DNA of 64,000 nucleotides, from assembly GCA_964555135.1 (NCBI GenBank), contig CAZKRR010000001.1, forward strand, positions 1,147 through 65,146. The letters are read 5' to 3'. The translations under genes were made by a program, and so were the position numbers. The notes under the pieces were generated by a model. It was given only the letters and a program-made list of their open reading frames with translations. It was not told where the DNA came from and ran no database searches. Positions within the stretch are counted from its first letter, which is position 1. Each line of letters starts with the position of its first letter. The stretch is from an uncultured Nitrososphaeria archaeon. GTDB taxonomy: Archaea; Thermoproteota; Nitrososphaeria_A; Caldarchaeales; Wolframiiraptoraceae. Below, piece after piece: positions 47,606-56,900 of the stretch.

Positions 47606-48393
47606 TGCATATAATTGTGTGTATGAAGATCACTCCAAAATCTGAGCAAGTTAGACTAGACCCTAATACTAAGACTATAATTAGAGAAGGAGTAGAAAAT
47701 GAGATAAACCCGGCTGACAAGAATGCCTTGGAAGCAGCATTACAATTGAAAGATAAGCATGGCTGTAAAGTAACAGTCCTAGGCATGGGGCCACCGATCT
47801 GGGAGTCATACATGAAGCTTGCGGTATCCATGGGAGCGGATGATGCTATTCTCGTATCCGATAGAGCATTCGCAGGCGCAGACACCCTTGCTACGAGCAG
47901 GACACTGGCTGCAGCTATAAGGAAGATCGGAGAATATCACTTAATATTTTGTGGAGAAGAGTCAAGCGATGCTGGAACGGGTCATGTACCTCCAAGTATT
48001 GCAGAATTCCTCAACATACCTCAAATAACATTCGTAAACCACATCGAAATCATAGATGGAAGAATCAGAGCTAGAAGAGTATTAGAAGGTGCTTATGAAG
48101 TCTTAGAATGCACCCCCCCAGTCCTGCTCTCTATCGAATATGGTTGTAATACGCCTAGATTTCCAGACTTTAGGAGGAAGAGATGGGTAGACAAGGAGTT
48201 CAAGCTTAGGGTCTGGGATATAAAAGATCTTGAATTAAATGAGGAGGAGGTAGGATTAAAGGGCAGTAGAAGCATCGTGGAAGAGCTTAGAGAGATGGGG
48301 CTAGGTGAAAGAGCTAGACAAAAGATAACTGGTACCGAAGATGAAATCGTAGCTCAAATACTAAACATTATACGTCCATACATCAAGAAGTAA
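47602..48393 (+). CDS. etfB: electron transfer flavoprotein, beta subunit (EtfB/FixA-like)
   Basis: N-terminal MHIIVCMKITPKSEQVRLD (EtfB VCxKxVPD pattern); 263 aa. Confidence 0.75.
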   Translation: MMHIIVCMKITPKSEQVRLDPNTKTIIREGVENEINPADKNALEAALQLKDKHGCKVTVLGMGPPIWESYMKLAVSMGADDAILVSDRAFAGADTLATSRTLAAAIRKIGEYHLIFCGEESSDAGTGHVPPSIAEFLNIPQITFVNHIEIIDGRIRARRVLEGAYEVLECTPPVLLSIEYGCNTPRFPDFRRKRWVDKEFKLRVWDIKDLELNEEEVGLKGSRSIVEELREMGLGERARQKITGTEDEIVAQILNIIRPYIKK

Positions 48394-48424
48394 ACCATAA
48401 AAACATCATAATCACATATTTTTC

Positions 48425-49105
48425 TTGAATAAAATGCATAATAAGACGATCATAGTTGTCTGGGAAGGAGTGGATGGAGCAGGAAAGACTACCCTCTTAA
48501 ACGAAACTTTAAACATATTAAACTCAATGGACTTTAAAGTGCTAAAGTATAAGACTCCAAGCAATACACCTTCGGGTATATTTGCGAAAAAATACGGAAA
48601 TAGGTCTGAAGTCGACCATTTAACACGGATGCTCTTATTCTTAGCTAATACTTCAGACGACTCAGCATTAATGAAGAAGGAAATTGAAAAAGAGAAACCT
48701 GACTATTACTTCATTGATAGATACTATGTCTGCTCGATAGTTTACGGGTTAGCTCTCTCTAAAGCAAGAGGAGAAGAAGTTGGAGAAGAAGAACTTAAAC
48801 AGTTCATCGAATTCGTAGAGAAGGTCGGGCTTAAGGTTTTCGTTAATCCTGACTTATATGTAATCGTTGATGTAGGAGAAGAAGATAGAAAACGTAGAGT
48901 AGAGGTGAAAGAAGGCCAGGGAGGTATTGAAGAAGAAATAGAGAAAAGTACGGAGATTCAAGATCAAGTAAGAAAATTCTATAGATACTTCCATCACCTT
49001 AGACCCCACCAAACAATCTGGCTTGAGAATGCTGAAGGAGAACTAAAAAAGAATACGAAGATAATAATTGAGAAGCTGTTAGAGTTTAAGAAGCTTAGGG
49101 AATAA
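48425..49105 (+). CDS. thymidylate kinase-like P-loop kinase
   Basis: Walker A IVVWEGVDGAGKTTLL and DRYYVCSIVYGLA (DRY...S.AYQ-like) motifs of the dTMP kinase family. Confidence 0.55.
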   Translation: MNKMHNKTIIVVWEGVDGAGKTTLLNETLNILNSMDFKVLKYKTPSNTPSGIFAKKYGNRSEVDHLTRMLLFLANTSDDSALMKKEIEKEKPDYYFIDRYYVCSIVYGLALSKARGEEVGEEELKQFIEFVEKVGLKVFVNPDLYVIVDVGEEDRKRRVEVKEGQGGIEEEIEKSTEIQDQVRKFYRYFHHLRPHQTIWLENAEGELKKNTKIIIEKLLEFKKLRE

Positions 49106-49133
49106 ATTTAAGGTAGTATTCTAAGATAGAGGG

Positions 49134-49733
49134 ATGATGAGTGAGCTTACTAGAACTTTTATCGCAGTAGACTTTGATAACCCTGGAATAGTTTGGAAGA
49201 TTCAAGAGATCCAGAAAGATTTAAAAAATTCAGGTATTGTTGCTAAGGATGTCGAGCCGCAGAATCTACATTTAACGCTCTGGTTTCTGGGAGAACTCCC
49301 CGAGAACAAGCTAAAGATAGTTCTAGATGAAGTAAGAAGAGTTAGTTTTAACAGATTTGAAGTAAAAGTTAGAGGCGTCGGGTATTTTCCAGGAGGAAAT
49401 AGAGTAAGCGTAATCTGGCTAAAGATAGAAGATCCAACTAATACCCTCAACAACATACTTGACCAGCTGCTGGATAGTCTTGGAAAGAAGGGATTCAGAT
49501 ACGATGAGAGAGGATTTACGCCCCACTTAACTATTACTAGAGTTAAGTATATCCAAGATAAGCAGAAAGCTTTAAAGAAGCTACAAGAATTAAGAGATGT
49601 CCAGTTAGGTCAACAGATGATAGATGCTCTTAAAGTAAAGAAGAGTGTATTGACAGCTAAAGGACCAATATATAGTGATTTACTAGTTGTGAAAGCTGGA
49701 GGAGCCCTCGATGATAAGCGACGTATTGGATGA
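49134..49733 (+). CDS. RNA 2',3'-cyclic phosphodiesterase / 2'-5' RNA ligase (LigT/ThpR, 2H phosphoesterase)
   Basis: Two H-x-T-x motifs: NLHLTLWFLGE and PHLTITRV. Confidence 0.7.
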   Translation: MMSELTRTFIAVDFDNPGIVWKIQEIQKDLKNSGIVAKDVEPQNLHLTLWFLGELPENKLKIVLDEVRRVSFNRFEVKVRGVGYFPGGNRVSVIWLKIEDPTNTLNNILDQLLDSLGKKGFRYDERGFTPHLTITRVKYIQDKQKALKKLQELRDVQLGQQMIDALKVKKSVLTAKGPIYSDLLVVKAGGALDDKRRIG

Positions 49734-51096
49734 AGCTCTCCAGCTATATAAGCCTAGTCAAGAAGAAGAAAGATACTTGATGGATTTAGCTAACACAATA
49801 ATTCATCGAGCTGAGAAATACTCTCCAGACTATAAGGGTATTATTAAGATAACCCTTGAAGGATCTCTAGCAAAGAAGACATGGATAAGAGGAAGAGAGG
49901 AAGTAGACATATTCATACATCATGACTCTAAGATTACCCGTGAAGAGATGGAGAAGCAGATAATAGACATAGGCTTTAAGATATTAAAAGAATTAGATGG
50001 TAAACCTAGATTAATGTATGCAGACCACCCGTATGTCGAGGGTAGGATAAAGAATGTAGTAGTAAACATCGTTGCATGCTACGATGTAACACCACCTAAC
50101 TGGCTTAGCGCTACAGATAGAACACCATATCATACAAAGTACATTATAGAGAAGATGAAGCCAGAAGTTAGAGACCACGTTAGATTAATGAAAGCATTCA
50201 TGGCGGGATGCAGAGTATATGGTGCAGAGATAAAAGTAAGAGGATTCAGCGGCTACCTTGCAGAACTATTATTATTAAATTATGGAGACTTTAACAACAC
50301 AATCCAAGCAATCTCAAAATGGAAGCCTCCTATCGCCATAGATATTGAGAGATACTATGACTTAGTTGATGAACTGTTTAAGCTCTTTCCTAACCAACCC
50401 TTAATAGTAGTAGACCCTGTAGATAGATATAGGAATGTGGCCTCTGCAGTCTCTGAAGAGAGATTATGTGAGCTTATCCTCGCTTCAAAACTTTTCCACG
50501 AATCACCTAGCATAAAATTCTTCAAACCTAAACCTCCTACAGTTAAGATATCTAGATTAAGAAGAAAAATATTGAGAAGAAGGTTCGTCGGAATAGTCTT
50601 CAGGATTTCTAAGTGGAAGCCCCCTGATGTTCTTTGGGGTGAATTAAGAAAGAGTGAAGAAGCAGTAAAGAAGACGCTTGAAAGATTAGGTTTTAGAATA
50701 TATAGATCTGATTCATGGACAGATGAAGAAAAAACATGTATAATATTATGTGAAATAAGTAATAATAGGCTTCCATGCGCCCGGCTTCATCGGGGTCCAC
50801 CAGTATATCATCCAAATTCTCTAGAATTCATAAAAAAATGGAAGGATAACCCTGAGAGAGAAGCTGGACCATGGATAGATGATTCTAGATTGTATGTACT
50901 GAGGGTTGAACCGATAGTGGATGTTAAGAAGCTGTTGAAGAAAGAGATTGAAGAAGGAAGAGTTTCATTAGCTAAAGGATTAACTGAAGATATAAAGAAA
51001 GGGAAGATCATAACATCGATAGAGAACCTCATAAAAAATAGAAATCTAAGATTATTCATAAACGAGTTTATTGAGGCTAGCCTATCATTCATCTAA
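49711..51096 (+). CDS. cca: CCA-adding enzyme (archaeal class I tRNA nucleotidyltransferase)
   Basis: N-terminal ISDVLDEALQLYKPSQEEERYL and overall size (461 aa) match the archaeal CCA enzyme pattern; the NTase GS...D region is present. Confidence 0.75.
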   Translation: MISDVLDEALQLYKPSQEEERYLMDLANTIIHRAEKYSPDYKGIIKITLEGSLAKKTWIRGREEVDIFIHHDSKITREEMEKQIIDIGFKILKELDGKPRLMYADHPYVEGRIKNVVVNIVACYDVTPPNWLSATDRTPYHTKYIIEKMKPEVRDHVRLMKAFMAGCRVYGAEIKVRGFSGYLAELLLLNYGDFNNTIQAISKWKPPIAIDIERYYDLVDELFKLFPNQPLIVVDPVDRYRNVASAVSEERLCELILASKLFHESPSIKFFKPKPPTVKISRLRRKILRRRFVGIVFRISKWKPPDVLWGELRKSEEAVKKTLERLGFRIYRSDSWTDEEKTCIILCEISNNRLPCARLHRGPPVYHPNSLEFIKKWKDNPEREAGPWIDDSRLYVLRVEPIVDVKKLLKKEIEEGRVSLAKGLTEDIKKGKIITSIENLIKNRNLRLFINEFIEASLSFI

Positions 51097-51125
51097 AATT
51101 TAGACCTTGGAATAACTACTTAGAA

Positions 51126-51908
51126 ATGATTCCTCAAGAAGACTCAGAGATTAGTCTTGAAGAATTATCATCAAGAATAGAGCTATTGGTCCAACTTGCT
51201 TATCCATCTAGAACGATCGATTACGCTAAGATGATATTAAGAGAACTAAGAGAGATTAATGTCGACGCAGTCTATATAGTTGATCAACCTAGGCCTTCTC
51301 TCAAACTTATCGGGAAAGGGTATAGAGGAGTCATATTAAAAGCTCGCTGGAAGAACAAGATCGTAGCGGGAAAAATTCTTAGAATTGACTCAGGAATATC
51401 TAGCCTAGTTAGAGAGGCTGAGATGATGAAGACCGTAAACTCTATAGAGATTGGACCACTATTATTTGATTATTCAGAGCATGTAATCTTGATGGAGTAT
51501 ATTCAAGGCATAGATCTAGATAGATGGTTGGAAAAGCTATCTCAAGATGATGTATACCCATTGAAAAAGGTTTTAGAGTCGATCCTTGCACAGGCTAGGA
51601 AGCTGGATTGTATCAACCTAGACCATGGAGAACTAAGTAATGCGAGAAGACATATTGTTATTAGAGAAGGATTACATCCAACAATTCTAGACTTCGGTAA
51701 AGCAAGAATAAGCTGTAAACCCAAGAATGTTACATCAATAGTAAGCTACCTAACATTTGGTCCACATCACAACAAGATCTTAGACATGCTAGAAGTAGAG
51801 GGTCTCCCGGTCTTAACTCTCAGGAGATACAGGGAAAATCCATGCGAAGAAAACTTTAAGAGTATTCTTAGAGGGTTAAATCTAACAAACATTGGCCTCC
51901 ATGGATAG
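51126..51908 (+). CDS. small RIO/Bud32-like serine/threonine protein kinase
   Basis: Glycine loop IGKGYRGVI, MEYIQG hinge, catalytic HGELSNARRHIVI and ILDFGKA (DFG) motifs. Confidence 0.5.
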   Translation: MIPQEDSEISLEELSSRIELLVQLAYPSRTIDYAKMILRELREINVDAVYIVDQPRPSLKLIGKGYRGVILKARWKNKIVAGKILRIDSGISSLVREAEMMKTVNSIEIGPLLFDYSEHVILMEYIQGIDLDRWLEKLSQDDVYPLKKVLESILAQARKLDCINLDHGELSNARRHIVIREGLHPTILDFGKARISCKPKNVTSIVSYLTFGPHHNKILDMLEVEGLPVLTLRRYRENPCEENFKSILRGLNLTNIGLHG

Positions 51909-51924
51909 TTGATAGGGTGTTTTT

Positions 51925-52644
51925 ATGAATGTGGAAAAGAAAAAGATTAGAGAGATGGTTTGGAATATTCTAGAAGAGAAGGGTGTAGCAAGATTTCCTA
52001 GACCAGTGTATGGGAGAATACCGAATTTTGAAGGTGCAGAGAATTCTTGCGAGAAGATAACAATTCTTGAAGAATATAAGAAAGCTACGGTTGTAAAGGT
52101 TAGCCCTGACTCCCCTCAATACTCGATTAGGTTGAGATGTTTGATCGATGGGAAAAAGCTTATAATGCCTACACCTAGGCTTAGAGAAGGTTTTCTCCTC
52201 CTAGATCCATCAAAGATTCCTAGGAGATACTATAAAAAAGCTGCAACAATAAGAGGAGCATTCAACTTTGGCGTGAAAGTTGATCCTGAAAACCTACCTA
52301 GGGTTGACTTCATTGTTATGGGCTCGGTTGCTGTAGGTAGGGACGGTTCTAGAATCGGAAAAGGTGAAGGATATGGAGAATTAGAATACGCATTACTAAA
52401 AGAGTATAATCGAGTAGGAGAAGAGGTAATTGTAGCAACTAATATTCATGATCTTCAATTATTTGATTCTGTTCCACAAGATCCCTACGATGTCCCTGTT
52501 GACGTAATTGCTACGCCGACTAGATTAGTCCGTATTCCCTTTAGTAGACCTAAACCTAAAGGTGTAATCTGGGAATTGTTGAGTGATGAGAAGCTAGAAG
52601 AGATACCTCTTCTTAAGACTTTGAGAGAGAAGAGGAAAGCGTAG
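51925..52644 (+). CDS. 5-formyltetrahydrofolate cyclo-ligase family protein
   Basis: KKKIREMVWNILEEKGVARFPRPVYGRIPNF N-terminus and the glycine-rich GSVAVGRDGSRIGKGEGYGELE region are typical of MTHFS. Confidence 0.6.
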   Translation: MNVEKKKIREMVWNILEEKGVARFPRPVYGRIPNFEGAENSCEKITILEEYKKATVVKVSPDSPQYSIRLRCLIDGKKLIMPTPRLREGFLLLDPSKIPRRYYKKAATIRGAFNFGVKVDPENLPRVDFIVMGSVAVGRDGSRIGKGEGYGELEYALLKEYNRVGEEVIVATNIHDLQLFDSVPQDPYDVPVDVIATPTRLVRIPFSRPKPKGVIWELLSDEKLEEIPLLKTLREKRKA

Positions 52645-52655
52645 TTTGAATATTG

Positions 52656-53165
52656 TTAGTAGGCTGTAACGCTTTTGACATAAGGTATCTTTAGCATCTT
52701 GTTTACTCCTTCTCCAGATAATGGCTTATCTAATATGAGTATCAGCTTAGGCTCAGGAAAGAGTTCAGGATCTTCTGCGACAGCCTGCCTGATAGAGATA
52801 TTCTCTTCTGCGGCTATCTTGGCTGCTCCAGCAAGTATTCCAGGTGCAGTAGGATCAGCTCTAATCTCTACGACGAAATATCCAAGTTCTTTAGCTATAG
52901 GTGCTAGTAGAGCGCCTGCTGGTCTAAGACCAGTAAAGATTCTTCTAAGCTCCTTATCTTGAAGAATGTATTCAACGGTTTTCTTAACTATTCTTCTATC
53001 GACTCCTGCTGCTCTAGCAATTGATACTTCGGGTATCTCTACTGGACCGATAGTTATCTTTCCATCCTCTGTAACACCTATTCCATACTCGATCAAAATT
53101 CTTATCACATTTAACCTAGCAGGATAATTTTTCAGTTTTTCAGATATTTTCTTCCACATGCGCAA
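52656..53165 (-). CDS. putative regulator of amino-acid metabolism with ACT-like domain (COG2150-like)
   Basis: 169 aa. N-terminal HTH-like segment (NYPARLNVIRILIEYGIG) and a C-terminal ligand-binding-like domain. Divergent to trpB2/serA-like genes. Assignment from memory. Confidence 0.4.
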   Translation of the reverse strand: MRMWKKISEKLKNYPARLNVIRILIEYGIGVTEDGKITIGPVEIPEVSIARAAGVDRRIVKKTVEYILQDKELRRIFTGLRPAGALLAPIAKELGYFVVEIRADPTAPGILAGAAKIAAEENISIRQAVAEDPELFPEPKLILILDKPLSGEGVNKMLKIPYVKSVTAY

Positions 53166-53278
53166 ATATACTCCCTATTATACATATATATGCATTTAAT
53201 ATTTAATATGCATTGTGGATGAATCATCTAGCGGATTAAGGTATAAATATGAGCATCGATGTTATTATCGGTACAGTG

Positions 53279-54679
53279 ATGAGCATGAGTAGAAAGATAT
53301 TCATAACTGAGGAAGAAATTCCAAAGTATTGGTATAATATATTGCCAGATCTGCCAAAACCTCTACCGCCGCCGATAGACCCTTCAACTAGAGAACCAGT
53401 CGACCCGAGAAAGCTGGAAGCGATCTTTCCTAGAATACTAATACAGCAAGAACTATCACAGGAAAGGTGGATACCTATACCTGAAGAAGTTAGAGAAGCA
53501 TATACTATCTGGAGACCAACCCCCCTGTATCGAGCTGTAAGACTTGAGAGAGCTCTTAAGACGCCTGCAAGAATATATTATAAATATGAAGGGGTTAGCC
53601 CACCTGGCTCGCATAAACCGAATACAGCCGTAGCTCAAGCATACTATAATATGAAAGAAGGAGTACAAGTATTGGCAACAGAGACTGGGGCTGGACAATG
53701 GGGTTCAGCATTAGCATTTGCTACTAACTTCTTCGGGATGAAGGCTAGAATCTACATGGTTAAGGTAAGTTACGAGCAGAAACCATACAGGAAGATAATG
53801 ATGGAGGCTTGGGGCGCAGAAGTTTTAGCAAGTCCAAGCAATAGAACTAGGATTGGTCGGTCAATACTGAAAGAAGATCCGAATAATCCTGGAAGTCTAG
53901 GAATAGCCATAAGCGAAGCGATTGAAGATGCATTAACACATGAAGGTGTCAAATATTCCTTGGGAAGCGTATTAAACCATGTACTCCTACATCAAACAGT
54001 TCAAGGTCTAGAAGCTAAGAAGCAACTAGAGATAATCGATGAATATCCAGACATAGTGGCTGGATGCGTTGGAGGAGGAAGTAGTTTCTCAGGATTGTTC
54101 TGGCCATTTTACTATGACGTAGTCTCTGGGAAAGCTCCAAAGAAGATAAAGTTCGTTGCTACTGAGCCGACTGCATGCCCAACTATGACCAAGGGAATTT
54201 ATACTTATGATTTTGGAGACACGGCTAAACTAACACCTCTTCTACCAATGTATACATTAGGCTCTGACTTTATACCTCCACCGATCCATGCAGGAGGCTT
54301 AAGATATCATGGTGATGCCCCAACCCTGTGCCTACTCTTAAAAGAAGGCTATATAGAGCCTAGAGCATACGACCAAGTATCAGTATTCGAGGCCGCAACA
54401 TTATTCGCCAAGACTGAAGGCATCATACCGGCTCCTGAACCTTCACATACGATAAGATATGTTATTGATGAAGCATTAAAAGCAAAAGAGACAGGAGAGG
54501 AAAAAATTATCTTATTCAACCTATGTGGTCATGGATACTTTGATCTAAAAGCATATCAAGAATTCTTTGAAGGAAATCTTAAACCATTCGACTATCCAGA
54601 AGACAAGATAAAAGAGTCCATACAGAAGCTAATAAAAGAATATCCTTGGATACAGGAGATATCCTATGTTAAAAGTTAA
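53279..54679 (+). CDS. trpB2: tryptophan synthase beta chain, TrpB2 type
   Basis: PLP-lysine region [29 protein letters not shown] loop [11 protein letters not shown], and the extended TrpB2 N-terminus [16 protein letters not shown]. Start uncertain (ATG at 53249, 53279 or 53285). Confidence 0.8.
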   Translation: MSMSRKIFITEEEIPKYWYNILPDLPKPLPPPIDPSTREPVDPRKLEAIFPRILIQQELSQERWIPIPEEVREAYTIWRPTPLYRAVRLERALKTPARIYYKYEGVSPPGSHKPNTAVAQAYYNMKEGVQVLATETGAGQWGSALAFATNFFGMKARIYMVKVSYEQKPYRKIMMEAWGAEVLASPSNRTRIGRSILKEDPNNPGSLGIAISEAIEDALTHEGVKYSLGSVLNHVLLHQTVQGLEAKKQLEIIDEYPDIVAGCVGGGSSFSGLFWPFYYDVVSGKAPKKIKFVATEPTACPTMTKGIYTYDFGDTAKLTPLLPMYTLGSDFIPPPIHAGGLRYHGDAPTLCLLLKEGYIEPRAYDQVSVFEAATLFAKTEGIIPAPEPSHTIRYVIDEALKAKETGEEKIILFNLCGHGYFDLKAYQEFFEGNLKPFDYPEDKIKESIQKLIKEYPWIQEISYVKS

Positions 54680-54732
54680 GTATAGGCTATCTCATAAAAT
54701 ATGGAAGAAGTAGGGGGTGCGTAATATTTCAG

Positions 54733-55668
54733 GTAAAGATCCTTATAACGGACCACCTACACGAGGACGCTATAAACTCTCTATCTACTTATAGAGATAT
54801 ATCTTTCGATTATATGCCTGAGATCTCAAAAGAGCATCTTCTAAACATAATAGAATATTATGATGGATTAATTGCTAGAGATAGAACCAAGATTACAGGA
54901 GAAATCCTAGATAGAGCTAAAAAACTCAAAGTAATCGTTAGAGCTGGAAGCGGACTGGACAACATCGACTTAGAGAAAGCATCCATTCTTGGAATTAAGG
55001 TAATGAATGTTCCATCCGAGATCGCAGACTCTGTAGCAGAATTAACAATAGGCTTAATGATTATGCTCTCTAGGAAACTCTATAAAGCAGTCGAATCTTT
55101 AAAGAAAGGTGAGTGGATTAAGAATCAATTAATCGGACGAGAGCTGAGAGATAAGAAGATAGGTATAATAGGTGTAGGAAACATAGGATCTAAAGTCGCT
55201 AGACTTGCATATTGTTTTGGAATGAAACCCTTACTAAGAGATATCATTAAACTTGACGAAGAATTTGTAAGAAGAGTAAACGGAGAAGTTGTTACACTTG
55301 ATGAACTATTAAAAGAATCGGATTATGTTACTTTGCATGTTCCCTTAACCAAGAGCACTCAGAGAATGATAAGCGAAAGAGAATTAAAGCTTATGAAAGA
55401 AACAGCATTCTTGATAAATACTGCTCGTGGGAAAGTAGTAGATCATGAAGCACTCTATAAAGCCCTGGTAAATGGCTGGATAGCTGGAGCTGCATTAGAT
55501 GTCTATGAGGTTGAGCCTCCAGCAGGCTTAGAATTATTAAGATTAGAAAACGTTATCTGCACACCCCACATAGGCGCTCAGACAGTAGAAGCTAGAAGAA
55601 GAGCCTCAATTAAGGCTATACAACTAGCAGTAGACTATCTTCAACAAGTTATATGCCGAGAGATATAG
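54733..55668 (+). CDS. D-isomer-specific 2-hydroxyacid dehydrogenase (phosphoglycerate dehydrogenase-like); N-terminus encoded in frame without ATG/GTG/TTG
   Basis: NAD motif IGIIGVGNIGSKVA, plus catalytic Arg/Glu/His. The frame upstream of the track ATG (54814) reads VKILITDHLHEDAINSLSTYRDISFDY, a canonical PGDH N-terminal strand, starting at a GTA codon (54733). Confidence 0.65.
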   Translation, partial: VKILITDHLHEDAINSLSTYRDISFDYMPEISKEHLLNIIEYYDGLIARDRTKITGEILDRAKKLKVIVRAGSGLDNIDLEKASILGIKVMNVPSEIADSVAELTIGLMIMLSRKLYKAVESLKKGEWIKNQLIGRELRDKKIGIIGVGNIGSKVARLAYCFGMKPLLRDIIKLDEEFVRRVNGEVVTLDELLKESDYVTLHVPLTKSTQRMISERELKLMKETAFLINTARGKVVDHEALYKALVNGWIAGAALDVYEVEPPAGLELLRLENVICTPHIGAQTVEARRRASIKAIQLAVDYLQQVICREI

Positions 55669-55677
55669 TGATGTTGC

Positions 55678-56781
55678 ATGAAGATATTGATGACCCCGGG
55701 TCCTGTAGATCTACATCCTAGAGTTAGAAGAGCTATGTCAAGACAAGCTATCAGTCACAGGTCTACTGAATTTCATCAGCTAACAGAGTCAATAATCGAG
55801 AATGCGAGAAAAATCTTTAAGACAAGCGGAGATATATTTATTCTAACATCATCAGGAACACTTGCCGTAGAATGTGCTTTAGCAAATCTAGTAGATCCAG
55901 GAGACACATTATTCATACCAGTTTACGGAGTATTTGGAAAGAGGATGGCTGAATCAGCTGAACAATATGGAGGAAGAGTCGTAAATATTGAGTTAGAATG
56001 GAATAAAGCTTTAAGTGTTGAAGAGCTTGAAGAAGTTCTCACTCAAGATAATAATATAGAGATAGTATCACTGGTTCATAATGAGACCTCAACTGGAACG
56101 ATGATTAAAGATTTATCAAGAATATCAGAGATAGTAAAAAACCATGGTAAACTCTTAGTAGTCGATGCAGTATCCTCTCTTGGCGGAGTCCCAATACTAG
56201 TAGAGAAACTTGGAATAGATATATGTCTAACAGGTTCCCAGAAATGCTTAGCTGGACCACCTGGAATATCGCTAGTTTCTGTAAGCGATGAAGCATGGAG
56301 AAAGATTCTATCAAAATCTTCTAAAACTCCCTCCTACATAGATTTAAAGAAGTATCGCCAATTCATGGAGAAGCTTGAAACTCCTTTCACACCAGCAGTA
56401 AATCTAATGTATGGTCTAGATGAAGCATTAAAGATAATAATTGAGAAAGGAGTAGAAAACTGGTGGAGAAATCATCATGAATGCTCCCAGTTCCTCTATG
56501 AAGAATTAGAATCTTCAGGGTTAACCATACATCCCATCAAAGATTATAGATCCATAACGGTTGCAGCTGCTTCTCCACCTCAAGGTATCAACCCTAAGGT
56601 ATTAGTTGAAGAAATGGAGCATCAAGGAGTAACGATTGCAGAAGGAATGGATAAGCTGAAAGATAAAATAATAAGAATTGCATGTATGGGTAACATAAAC
56701 AAGAAGAAGATAAAATATGCAATAAACAAACTGAATGATGCAGTAGAGAAGATAAAGAAGAGAGATCTTGCTAACCCTTAA
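55678..56781 (+). CDS. class V aminotransferase (serine-pyruvate/phosphoserine aminotransferase-like)
   Basis: MKILMTPGPVDLHPRV N-terminus and the typical class V PLP fold pattern, with a lysine region near SQKCLAGPPG. Confidence 0.7.
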   Translation: MKILMTPGPVDLHPRVRRAMSRQAISHRSTEFHQLTESIIENARKIFKTSGDIFILTSSGTLAVECALANLVDPGDTLFIPVYGVFGKRMAESAEQYGGRVVNIELEWNKALSVEELEEVLTQDNNIEIVSLVHNETSTGTMIKDLSRISEIVKNHGKLLVVDAVSSLGGVPILVEKLGIDICLTGSQKCLAGPPGISLVSVSDEAWRKILSKSSKTPSYIDLKKYRQFMEKLETPFTPAVNLMYGLDEALKIIIEKGVENWWRNHHECSQFLYEELESSGLTIHPIKDYRSITVAAASPPQGINPKVLVEEMEHQGVTIAEGMDKLKDKIIRIACMGNINKKKIKYAINKLNDAVEKIKKRDLANP

Positions 56782-56806
56782 ATTGAACAAATAAGTCATC
56801 CTAGAT

Positions 56807-56900
56807 CGGTGGGGCCGTGGTCTAGCTTGGCTATGACTCCAGCCTGGGGAACATCCAGATGTATAGAACGCTGGAAATCCTGGGTTCGAATCCCAGCGGC
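56807..56900 (+). tRNA. tRNA-Pro (anticodon GGG) with a roughly 19-nt intron in the anticodon loop
   Basis: Acceptor GGGGCCG/CGGCCCC plus discriminator A. T-arm CTGGG-TTCGAAT-CCCAG. Anticodon stem CCAGC/GCTGG encloses 26 nt (7-nt loop CTGGGG+N carrying GGG, plus about 19 nt of intron). No encoded CCA. Confidence 0.7.
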
